Shown here piece after piece: positions 18,199-29,649 of a stretch of DNA of 64,000 bases (its first letter is position 1; each line of letters opens with the position of its first letter). This DNA is from Macrostomum lignano (taxonomy: Eukaryota): assembly GCA_002269645.1 (NCBI GenBank), contig NIVC01000546.1, positions 62,001-126,000 on the forward strand. Direction: 5' to 3'. The position numbers were made by a program, and so were the translations under genes. The notes under the pieces were generated by a model that saw only the letters and a program-made list of their open reading frames with translations, had not been told where the DNA came from and ran no database searches.

Positions 18199-20577
18199 TG
18201 TTCTGGAGCTGCCACTGTCTCGTGGTATTTCTTAAACTTTTCGTTTGCAATAGCTACATGTACGTTCAATTAGGCTAACATATTTATTTTGCTCATACGT
18301 ACAGTCCCTAATTATTGATCGCACCACTTTCATTCTTCACTGATCGCCCCACCCCACATTACGCTCACGTGTATTGTACGCTTTCACTCAGCTCATTAAA
18401 TATATCGACCCAGAGCATCTCGCTCAAAAGGCCTTTTCGTTTTTCATCGTTTCAATAGCGCAGCATATAGTTTGTCTTTCATCTCGAGTTATTCTAGCAA
18501 CCATTTGGTAGCAGAGCGTGGTTACTCAAGCCACAGTACATCGTGTCCAATAGTCTGTTAGATCAGTATGAGTGACGACGAAAAACAGAAGCAAGCGCCA
18601 GAGCCCGATGTTGCTTCGCCGAATGCTCTGAGGCGACAAAAGACCAAGTTCAAGTCTGCGCTGACCAAGAATCGAAATAAACTGGCCTGGCTATTACAAG
18701 ACGGTTCTGACAAGAGCGAAATTCAGCACCAATGCGAAGCCGTAACCGAGATCTTCGAGGGAACAATCGAGGCGCTGTACGAGTTGAGCGACGAGTTGCA
18801 ACGAAACAACAGCGACGCAGCACAGCACTCTCGGCTGCTCGATGAAATAGAAACCGTCGAGGAGGACTACCGCGTCAGCATGCGAGAGGTCCAGCGTTTC
18901 CTAGCAACTCAGCAGTCACCATCTGCAGCGGCACAAGTTCCTCAGGAGACAGCGGCAGCGTCGGCAGCAGAGCCGGCGGCAGAGTCGGCGGCAGCGACAG
19001 CCCAATCGCTGGGTGCAGTCAATCTAGATCGGCAAATCGGATTCAGTGTTGCAGAGCCGGACTTCATGCGAGGACAGAGACAGCAGAGGCCCTACAGAGA
19101 CCTTGGTGAGTTTGGCTTCCTGCCTTCTTCAAATCAGCATGCGGGTTTCGAGATGAGAGCGGAGGATCGAACAAGCTCTTCTGAATCAGTAGACGAATGC
19201 AGGCTCGGCAACTCTTCGGAGCAAGAGCTGTCGAAGGATCTCTGGAAGATGTTGCGCAGAGTGGAGATTCCAACATTCTATGGCGACAAGCAACAGTATG
19301 AAGCGTGGAAGGCTGCCTTCATGGCATGCATCGATAGGGCTCCAGCAACACCAGAGTTCAAACTGCTGCAGTTGCGTCAGTATTTGCGTGGATCAGCGCT
19401 GAAGGTGATAGAGCACTTGGGTCATTCGGCTGCTGCCTATCAGGCGGCCAAGGAGAGATTGGAGCGTGAGTACGGCGGCAAGCGACGACAGTTGGCGCAC
19501 TACTTGGAAGAGCTAGATAGTTTTCCACCCGTGAAGCAGAATAGTGCCGAGGAGCTGAAGAAATTCGCAAACATCCTCGATGTGGCTGTAATTAATTTGG
19601 AAGAAGCTGCTAAGAACTCCGAACTTAGTGATGGACTGCTTTATGCTAGATTGCAAAAAAAGTTACCAGAGCCGATAGTCGCAGCATTTCGACGATGGAT
19701 CTTCGAGAAGGCGAAAGCAGAAGGCGTTAGGACCCTTCGAGAGTGGGTTTTGCGTGAGGCAGAGTTCCGGACTGAGGCAGCAGAAATTGTGTACGGGGTG
19801 GCCGCATCGAGTCAGGAGCAACCAAGAAAGGACAGCAAGCAGAAGGCCTTCCATGTAGCGCAGCTAAGCAAGAGCTCAAGCAAGGGGAGCTACTCCTGTG
19901 TAGTCTGCAAGGAGGCGCACGATCTATGGAAGTGTCCCGCGTTCGGGAAACTGTCGTCTGAGAACAGATTGAAGGCTGCTCAGGAAGCCAAAGCCTGTTT
20001 CCGCTGTCTTGGCCATGGTCACACCGGTATGAACTGCCGACGAGGTCGAAAGTGCGGCGTTGATGGATGCACCAAATCCCACCATCGTCTGCTGCATTCG
20101 ACAGCAAGGTCGGAATCGAAAGAGAAGTCAGAAGTCAAAGCCGGTGCTGAGCAAGAAATGCAGTCGAAGCCGAAAGCTGCAACCGTGACAAAGGTCGCTA
20201 CTCGTAGAGAAGCCAGTGCGGTTTCACTTCGAACGGTTCCGGTCATTCTTAAGGCGAATAGGCGAGCGGTGAAGGTCAATGCCTTACTTGATGACGCCAG
20301 CACAAAGACCTATTTGAATACGGCGATAGCATCCAAGCTTGGCCTGCACGGCAAACAGGAATCAATGCAGGTAAACGTGTTGAACGGACAGGTGGAAACC
20401 TTCATAACAGCACCAGTGTCATGCACCTTGGAGAGTACTGACGGCCAAATAAGCAAGGAGATTACTGCGCTGACGGTAGATAGAGTGACAGGGAACATGG
20501 AAGTAGTAGATTGGCAAGAATTGGCGTCGAAATGGTCGCACTTAGCATTCTAGCAACCATGGTTATTCTAGCAACCA
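18199..20577 (+). mobile_element. BEL/Pao LTR retrotransposon, internally deleted: 5' LTR 18199-18503, PBS 18506-18523, TSD GCCAC
   Basis: Starts TGTTCT; GCCAC at 18194-98 and 20578-82. PBS TGGTAGCAGAGCGTGGTT resembles the complement of the initiator Met tRNA 3' end. The LTR-terminal GTTATTCTAGCAACCA reappears at the 3' end. Confidence 0.92.
18568..20553 (+). CDS. BEL/Pao Gag plus partial aspartic protease (truncated)
   Basis: EIPTFYGD..Y..W..F region (DUF1759-like), triple knuckles CVVCKEAHDLWKC / CFRCLGHGHTGMNC / CGVDGCTKSHHRLLH, protease motif ALLDDAS; the stop is created at the deletion junction. Confidence 0.9.
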   Translation: MSDDEKQKQAPEPDVASPNALRRQKTKFKSALTKNRNKLAWLLQDGSDKSEIQHQCEAVTEIFEGTIEALYELSDELQRNNSDAAQHSRLLDEIETVEEDYRVSMREVQRFLATQQSPSAAAQVPQETAAASAAEPAAESAAATAQSLGAVNLDRQIGFSVAEPDFMRGQRQQRPYRDLGEFGFLPSSNQHAGFEMRAEDRTSSSESVDECRLGNSSEQELSKDLWKMLRRVEIPTFYGDKQQYEAWKAAFMACIDRAPATPEFKLLQLRQYLRGSALKVIEHLGHSAAAYQAAKERLEREYGGKRRQLAHYLEELDSFPPVKQNSAEELKKFANILDVAVINLEEAAKNSELSDGLLYARLQKKLPEPIVAAFRRWIFEKAKAEGVRTLREWVLREAEFRTEAAEIVYGVAASSQEQPRKDSKQKAFHVAQLSKSSSKGSYSCVVCKEAHDLWKCPAFGKLSSENRLKAAQEAKACFRCLGHGHTGMNCRRGRKCGVDGCTKSHHRLLHSTARSESKEKSEVKAGAEQEMQSKPKAATVTKVATRREASAVSLRTVPVILKANRRAVKVNALLDDASTKTYLNTAIASKLGLHGKQESMQVNVLNGQVETFITAPVSCTLESTDGQISKEITALTVDRVTGNMEVVDWQELASKWSHLAF

Positions 20578-20870
20578 GCCACAGACAGTCAGTCATTTTT
20601 GCGTCACAGACAGTAACTCATTTCAGCGTCACAGACAGTCACTCATTTCAGCGCCACAGACAGTCAATCATTTCAGCGTCACAGACAGTCACTCATTTCA
20701 GCGCCACAGACAGTCACTCATTTCAGCGTCACAGACAATGAATCATTTCAGCGTCACATACAGTCACTCATTTTTGCGCCACAGACAGTCACTCATTTCA
20801 GCGCCACAGACAGTCGCTTATTTCAGCGCCACAGACAGTCACTCATTTCAGCGCCACAGACAGTCACTTA
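20578..20870. repeat. 25-bp minisatellite, right part
   Basis: Continuation of the 17828-18198 array. Confidence 0.95.
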
Positions 20871-23800
20871 TGTCGCCATATTTGCAATATTTTGGAGCCC
20901 TGAAGCAAAACTATTGATTTCCAAAACGGGTCACAATGTGGGGGGGCAAAGCATTGGAATGTGCCTTGATCGATACTAAAACTAGCATATAAAGACATTA
21001 CTTAACTTTTATTCCGAGTGACAAACGTTTGAGTTTTGCGGGGTGAGGGTTTAGCTGTTGTTGACTATAATTATATCCCCACGTTTGCACTTTGACACAG
21101 TCGGTTCTTACCTTCTGGAGACAGAAAGAGACATAAAGCTCTTAGATATAATGTTTACTGCTTCCAACTCTTTTTAGAGCTTCAGTGAGTATTCTTGCTT
21201 CAGCCGATGACTCTCATTCAGTGTTACTAAAAAGAGGAAAGAGAGTGAGGCGTCAGCGAGATTGCAGCTTTAGTCGAGGATTTCTTCATCATTTCCTCGT
21301 GTCTTCCCTGCGACCGTGGGGATTGGCTCCTTCCAGGGCAGTCCGCCTGGATTTATGGCCCGAGCGCAATCCTCGTCCTCTATCATCAAAACGTACTCAC
21401 TTTGGGGGGAACAAGATAGAAAATTGCATCTGGGGAAACGCACATGTGCACTCTTTAGTTAGCATCAGAGCAGGGATCGGTTTGCCGCACAGTATATTGT
21501 GCATGGTGGGAGATACAGGTCTGTACTCTGAGAGCAGTGGGGAGAAAATGGGTAAAAAGTCAGCCTTGAGGAGAAAGCTGCATGCCCACCCTGAGTCAAC
21601 TCTGCGACCGCGAGATGAAAGAGACCATACAGAATTGATGAATAATAAGAAAACTAAACGAATGCGTCTGAGGTACCAGCGGTCCAGTGAAGGGAGACTG
21701 CTCAAGCTGAGCAAGGGATAAAAGATTCTCAGGAGAGCATTCAAGAGGCGCATTGTAAGAGATGAAGTCTTCTCTCATCTTTTCTCTCACTTAGACAAAA
21801 ATTGAAAACTAGTTATTGGCGATCATTGCCGCTCAAAACTAAGGTTGTGTTCTCAAATAAAGACTAAGCTGATTTTTTACCATAGACAAACTTGGCTAAT
21901 AAAATGCCATCAACTATGTCGTCCATGAATGAGTAGTAGAAAAACCAGAAATTATACATGTACTCCCACGAGTACAGTAGTATAGGATATTGCAATTAAC
22001 GATGCGAGGTGATCTGCTTTCTGTCCAACTCCATTGTTCCCTCAGCATCATTAGTCTCTGAGTCCATTCAGATGGGCACTCACTAATGCAATGCCCGGTC
22101 CATCCTGCTCTGTCCTTGGTCCATCTGCTGGCTCCTCTGGTTGTCTCCCTGCTTATTGTGTCTCGGCTCTCATCACTGACAGTGGGTTGGAGTCCTGGGC
22201 TGGAAGTTCGTCCCGAATCGGGGAAAACCGGCTGAGTCCGGTTTCCTCTTGCCCCTTGTGCCCCTCCCCCCCTTGGCCTGGCCTCCAATATTGAGCTGGA
22301 TAGGTGAAGCCCTTGTGGCTTGCAGCCCCATAGGTAGTCGCAATATCCTGCCTGATTGGGAGACTCGCCCTCGGATACAAGCCTTCCAGACTCGCTCCAA
22401 TAGTCAAGCCCTATTCCAAGACTTCTGGGTTTCCCCGCTCTTGGACGGCTTTCAGTAGTATACCCAACCTTTTCATTTCCAATTCTGTTTTTCGCGCACT
22501 CCCAAGGACTTGTCTGCTGGGTTGGTGGTCTGGGTGGACTCGGTCCTGGCACCGTCCCTGATTCCACTCTTTGGGTTGGCGGTGTCTTGTTAGTAGCCCC
22601 AAAATTCCCCTGGCCTAGACGTCGGGGCCCAACCATGTGGATATCTCGGGCTTAGGCCCCTGGAAGTGCCCCTCAGCGGCAGAGCCCAATTCAGGGCTGA
22701 TCCGCGGGTTGCCACCGGCTTCCCACCCTCGTTTAACAACAACAATGCAATAAAAGAATGCTTTCTGTGAAGACCATTAGCGGAGGTACACCTTGTGCAG
22801 ATTATGAAAATATGAAATTTCTACTCCAATAATTTTTATTAACTAGGTAAGACACTTTGCACATTGAATTTATTAGTTATTAATGAATTGTCACACAGAT
22901 TTCTACCTGATCAATGCTAACTGTAATTCACTCAGAGACATTTCTGTGGTTGTAATTAGTGGTAAGAGTATACTTTGTAATTATGGGCTTCTAAGCTCAG
23001 TTGCAGCTGTTTAGCTGACTGCAAAATCCAATCGCCCGAACGGTGCAATTCTGTGTAACAATGCATGCACATGCAACCCTTATGACCTTGCGCTCTACGA
23101 AAACTCACAGGTAAATTACGCCCTTTTCGATGCGAAGATTGATCGGCTGATTGATGTTCAAAGATACGATTTTTGTAAAGTACACTGAGAGAGTTTTTAG
23201 GCGCGAGATTGGCAAGGAATACAAACGAATACTTTTCGGACGCCTCTGCACGCTACTCACAATGGGGATTGCTTTTTTTGAGCAGGTGGGGATTAGGTGC
23301 ATGGAAAGGTTAAAGGTTGCATTTACATGTCGTCGGTATAGAGCAGTTGCGTGCGTTGAAATCACTTTGAAATCAAATAATACAATGAGCTGAGCTTATT
23401 TCGTTGTTGCTATCATTAATCCAGCTAGATCGCCAGATTATGCGCATGAAATTCGTCACGAAGTACCATACTACTCACGCTGGGAGCGGAGAAGCTCAGT
23501 GCGGTAAACGCGTCCAACTCTTACGTCTGACAATGAGAAAGTCAGGGCTGTTGTACACCCTGTGTGAGTGTGTGCATGAGTGCGTGCAGTCTGTGTACAG
23601 TATTCATTAACTCGCTTGTACGAGCAATGTGCGCTTGAGTCTGCGGAATACGCGAAAGCAAGAAGGGACGACGCCGCCTGGGCAGGGTGCCGACGACAAC
23701 CGGGCTGCGAATATTTATTTTAGCACACTCACGTGTGGTGTCTTCGTCGAACCTCAGCCATGCAGACAGAATAGACTTATCCATGCAGGGGACTGTTTTT

Positions 23801-25668
23801 TAGCCCTAATTAGCTGTCAAGGCCTTGAGAGCTTAAAAAATGAATCGCTGAGCTCTCTGCTTTCTCATTCCTGATGAGACAGTCCGAAGTGAGCATAGCT
23901 GTAGTCGAAAGACTCATCCATACCTAAGATGGAAGTCAGCTAACCCCTAATCCTGCAGATTAGGCTAATCCGCCGCCTAACGCGAACAAAATCCATTTGA
24001 ACTGGCTCACCAAACCTGATCCGTCGAGGCAGGATTTCCAGCTAGGAGGGATTATAAGGGACATCAAGCAGGCGCTTTTCTGTCCATCTGGAATCATAGA
24101 ATTATAGAAAGAATAACACCACTGCGACTGCATTCATCGCCACGTGGCTATGTAGGAATTCTACAAAGGATCGTTGCACTGCAGTTGAGACAATTGTTGC
24201 AACTATCACATGTGCACGGAAATTATCATTGCTTTTTTATTGAAAATTAGTTTTCGCGTACCGACATTTGGCTACAAATGAGTTTAGCTGGCTTTTCTCA
24301 TCGGTCAGCTCTGATGCAAGATTATTAGAGCCACACGTACATGATCATATGCCAAAACTCTCTCCTTAAAGTACATGATTTATATATATGTACTCTCAAT
24401 ATTTGCAAGTGCTGGCCTGCAATATTCTGACGTCAGCCGACGTACCCGACCACAACGTAACCGAGGTCCATGGACCTCGCTGGAAAATGGGTATTACGAG
24501 AGCGCATACCCTGACGGATGACGACGTTTATAGGTCGGCTCAAAGTGGCGTCGGTGTGATAGACGTCCGATGACGTCACTGAAATTTGGATTGCTGCACG
24601 GACTATGTCAAATGCTTCAATCCAATTGGCTTCCTGGTACTGTCTTGCTTTCCCAGTTTGTATAGGAATGTTGCAGAAATGTGTGTATATCTTCGTCGCG
24701 TTTTTCTAAGCTTGCATACCAGCATTGCTTTTACACATGACATGAACTGCATGCATGTACATCGTAGAGTTGAATGACTTGCCTCTGAGTGCTATTTTGT
24801 TAGTTAGTTAATTTATACTTTTACTGTCGCAAGATTACAGTTTCTTTAGTTTTTTCTGGGGTATACAGGGGTATAAATATACATAACTACATGTACATGT
24901 ATATGTGGTCCTATTTCTGGATTTTTAACGCTTCTATATTTTACTCGGGAGACAACATACATTATACCAATTGTTTAGGATCTAATAACAAAGATAGAGA
25001 ATGGTAGGCCTATCATCGCATACTCGTACGCTCGTCGTCCCAAAGATGGCTCTTATCGCAGTGCATGGCTTATTAAGTAGAAGCGCGGATGCGTACAGCT
25101 GTACTACATGTACATGTATGCCATGCCATCCTGCCGCATCTTTATGTTGCTTCACCACCATGCATCTATATGCTGCACTATGCCTTGCTACCACTTACAA
25201 TTTGTACCACAACGCAACGCTGCTGCGCCTGCATGTTGCTGAAGCCTTTTGAAAAGCAATCAATTATTGATTCGCCGGATACTTACGGTTGCCTGATACT
25301 TTTCTCATTATCTCTTCAATTTCAATCCAGATCTTCCAGGTCTCAATGATCACTGGACTTCAGCTATAAAATCCCAGGCTAATATGTGCAGCTTAAAGTA
25401 TCGAGTCGAGATAGATATTTGTCTTTTACATGTACATCTAAATCATCGGTTATACTCTCTTTTCCTCTGACCGTTATCTGAACTTTGACGCCATCACATC
25501 CATCTTAAAAATTAAACGTATAATCGCAAAGATAGGAGTGCTTTATCATAATTTGAGTTCCACATACAATTTTCCTGACTTCTTCTGAAGTTCAAAATGA
25601 AAACATAGAAACGATACTGCTACAGTCCACATGCCAGTCAATTCAGCGTAGGACGCGAAAGTAGTACT

Positions 25669-25705
25669 CTGTCTGTCTGTCTGTCTGTCTCTCTGTCTGT
25701 CTGTC

Positions 25706-25744
<39 letters not shown>

Positions 25745-25939
25745 TTCTGTCTGTCTGTCTTTCTGTCTGTCTCTCTGTCTGTCTGTCTCTCTGTCTGTCT
25801 GTCTCTCTGTCTGTCTGTCTGTCTCTCTGTCTGTCTGTCTGTCTGTGTGTCTGTCTCTCTGTCTGTGTGTCTGTCTGTCTGTCTGTGTGTCTGTCTGTCT
25901 GTCTTAGTGTCTGTCTGTCTGTCTGTGTGTCTGTCTTAG

Positions 25940-25978
<39 letters not shown>

Positions 25979-25979
25979 A

Positions 25980-26024
<45 letters not shown>

Positions 26025-26051
26025 GCCTGTCTGTCTGTCTGTCTGTCAGTG

Positions 26052-26112
<61 letters not shown>
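25669..26112. repeat. (CTGT)n microsatellite, degenerate
   Basis: Tetranucleotide tract with scattered variants. Confidence 0.98.
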
Positions 26113-26114
<2 letters not shown>

Positions 26115-26446
26115 AGGACGTAAGAAAAAAACCCTAATTCGAGCATTTGTCCCTATCGTTTTTTATTTAATCGATCACATTGATATATAGACACAGACAC
26201 ACCATTTTTAGTATATGGATATATTCTGTACAAGTCTGTGTGGTTATAATGCGTTAAAATTGTCACAAATCACAAACTTTACAAATCTTTACAATTAAAA
26301 AATTCGTTATAACCAACGGTTTTAATTTAATTAATATAAATCGCTTAATTTATTTAATTAAACAGCATCATTATACATACCCCATATTAGCGTCTTCATA
26401 TGTGAATGTGACTATGAATTAGTCATAGGAATTACGGTTACTTCGG

Positions 26447-26511
26447 TGACAGTCAGTTCGGTGACAGTCACTTCGGTGACATCCATTTCGGTGACAGGTT
26501 ACTTCGGTGAC
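26447..26511. repeat. Short ~15-bp tandem of TTCGGTGACA, 5 copies
   Basis: Seen directly; may be subterminal repeats of an unrecognised DNA transposon. Confidence 0.75.
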
Positions 26512-28404
26512 AAAATAATGTGTGCATAATTTCACATCTAAACTAAAATAAATACTCTAGATTAGTCAATCGTAATTTAATGCCTTGCTTAAATAGGTCA
26601 GCTTTGAAAAGAAAGTATACTGCTTGTTTAAAGTGAGGTGTTTCTAAGAAAAAGAACGTATATTTTATTTTAAAGATTTGAGGTGGGTGCGATTTAGACT
26701 TGGGGGTGGTCGGGATTGTCCGGTGTTCACTTGATCTAATGTCGAATTTGAGCGGCTCGGGCCTTCGATTGGGCGCCGTCGTTATTTCGCACGAATTAAA
26801 TCCGGAAAGTTTGCGTGAACGGATCCCGATGAAAACAACTCGTAGATACTCCGTCTGCCGGGGTCCTCAATCCCGGGGGGAGGGTAGTTTTGGTCGTAGG
26901 CGAGCGGCCTTCGTTTGGCGCGAGCGTTCAGATGGCGGGTCCTCAGGCACCGTAGATTGAATGAGTCTCGTATTCTTGTTGTGTTACTAACAATAGAGTA
27001 GCGCTGCCACCACCGTAATTTGCGTATTACGGAACGTTGAAAAAGTCTCAGAGCTTGCTTCGAGGTGAGACTGGGTTATTTTACGCCCCACGGGCAAATG
27101 ACTTAAGTTAAGCTATGGCTTTTATCGAAAAACGGTTTGCAGCAAATTAATGCGAGTTTATTGCTTATCGAGTTAGTATAAAAAAACTGAAAATATTAAA
27201 CTAGGCCTCACGCGCGTAAAATAAGAGACCACCGACGACAGATGAATCAGGGGTGCCGCGGTGCGGGCTTACTTAAATAAAACTAAGTTAGGTTTTCTTT
27301 CCTTCAAGTAATAGACTACGTTAACTAAACGTTATTAAGTTAAGGGGCGTGTCGGAAAGAGTACAAGAAAGGGGAAAAAAGCAAGAGAGAGGGAGAAAGG
27401 AGAATGAGGGGAGGACAGGCGCAAGGGGCGGGAATAAATACCCAGGAAACAGGTCACAAAAAGGCTTGCGAGGCCCAGAAACTGGGGAAGAGCGAAACTC
27501 AAAAGGCCAAAAAGGGGATTCAACAAAATTACCGCAGAAATACATAGTAAAACAAAAGGAAAACACAATTTGGTCATATAGCGCCAGAAAATGGGGCAAG
27601 GGGAACAGAAAGAGGGCAGAAATACGTCATGACTTGCGCCAGGGAGTGGACTAACGGGGACCAGAATAGGGTACGCATAATTTTATTGTCCAGAAACTGT
27701 AATGTTATTAAGAAACCATATGAGCCAATAATCAATCGGTGGTACCCAACTACCACAGATTTCTTTTCAAAGCAAAGTGTCTTTCTTTCATCTTTTATTG
27801 CCTAATTAATACATATACACCTATTTTTATCACCTACGGGATCAAATGAATTGCTATAACATCAAGATCATACAATGCTTGTTTTTTTCTTAATTCCTTG
27901 CTTAAATATTTTTTGCTTCGTAAGTCGTAAATCGTTAATCGTTTAAAAGATCGTTTGAAATTTCGTAAAAAAAAATTTAAGCGCTCTTTCAAATTCTATA
28001 TCATTGCAAAACCTGTTAGACCGCAGCATGTACTTATAATACATAAATATCTCCTATTGAAGTATTAAATATACTGTCTTATACTGGCCGAACAGGCTTC
28101 TGGCATGAGCCAAACTTACTACTACTGCTAAGTGCAGCTTCTCAGAAACATGCTATTTCGTTACGGCGGGATTTTAAAGTACGATTTGGGAACTAGAACT
28201 GAAAAACCGGTCATCGGCAAAGCATAGATGTAAAGGTAAAATTATAAGATAGATTAATTAAGGGTTAGATTTATTTCTTAGAGCAATTTTTTTCATGTTT
28301 ATTTCTTGAAATAAAATTTCAGGCCTACTGCATATAACCATATGATATTTTTTTAATTTTTTGAGTTGATGATTACATTACTACAGAGTAAATTAGTAGC
28401 AGTA

Positions 28405-28770
28405 AGAGTAGTAGTAAGAATTTGGCTCAGGCAATTAGCCTGTTTGGCCAATATATTATAGAGCTATGTATTTGGAAAAATTTTCGAAATAGAAGTTTAT
28501 AAAGACGATTTGACGACGATTTCACGAGACAAGTTAGTAGTAAGAAGTTGGCTCAGGCGATTAGCCTGTTCGGCCAATATATTATAGAGCTGTGTATTTG
28601 GAAAAATTTTCGAAATAGAGGTTTAAAGACTATTTGACGACGATTGCATGACGAGATTTTTTAAAGTAGTAAGAGAATTTAGCTCAGGCAATTAGCCTGT
28701 TTGGCCAATATATTATAGAGCTATGTATTTGGAAAAATTTTCGAAATAGAAGTTTATAAAGACGATTTGC
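28405..28770. repeat. Three ~125-bp direct repeats, with an inverted partial copy at about 28080-28130
   Basis: AAGAATTTGGCTCAGGCAATTAGCCTGTTTGGCCAATATATTATAGAGC.. occurs three times; a diverged reverse-complement copy lies upstream. Confidence 0.85.
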
Positions 28771-29649
28771 CGAGTTATTGTAAAAGATAAAGTATTTGAA
28801 AGCACGCCAGAATTTTTACGGTATTTTTGGACGAAAAGTGACGACTAACAACTAACAACGAGTATAAATATTAATACAAAAATGAGTACAAATTACGAGG
28901 TATAGCTTTAATTGCGAGATTACTTTGGTAAGCGAGTTTGTAAAAAAAGATGTAGTATTTTTGAAAGCGCGTGATATTTCAAAGCGTGAAAAACGAACAT
29001 AAACAATACTTCGAAAGAACTTTACGAATAACGACGATTTAAATAGGGAATTTGTAAAGAAAGTTGTTTCGTTGGGTCTATTTTGAATTTTTCCTAATTG
29101 ACTGGGCTCGCGTGCATATTGCTGTATTAGGATATAGAGTTAGAAATTAGGTGGTCGCCAATTATTTTTTCCCAAAAAAATAATAAAAGTCAATAACAAA
29201 TATAGGCTATAGCAATTGAGTAATTTGAGTTAAGTAGTTCAACAATTAATTAATACCCTGAGCGAGCACGGGGACAACTGACTGTAACGGTGGTGTGGTG
29301 GCTACTCTCTGGGAGATAGTTGGAATGTAAATAATGACAAAGACCTAATGAAGTGTAATTGGAAGAACCTAAGGCTGAGACTTTAATACTGAAAATATGG
29401 TGCAAATGAAAGCTGTTATCTCAAGGATGCTAAGCTACGCTAACTCACGACCCAGTAGTCCAAATCCAAGTGCCCGTCAACCGTCCCAGCGCGACGCTCT
29501 TTCTAATTTAAATATATTTCGTATAAATTAAAGATTAACAAAATAACGTACGAATTATACTACTACAATTGCAATAATCAATATTTAAAATCGATTTATA
29601 ATTTCATTACAAATTAAAAGACAGTAAATAAATAAACAACTGAAAAGCG

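Noticed and set aside
21185-21790. Protein-coding gene in overlapping short ORFs
   Set aside because: No recognisable motif, and no consistent splice-phase chain could be built.
23871-23915. Second hammerhead-like core CTGATGA-GAC...GTC-GAAA
   Set aside because: No stem I can be formed and no valid NUH with paired stems in type I or III topology; not supportable.
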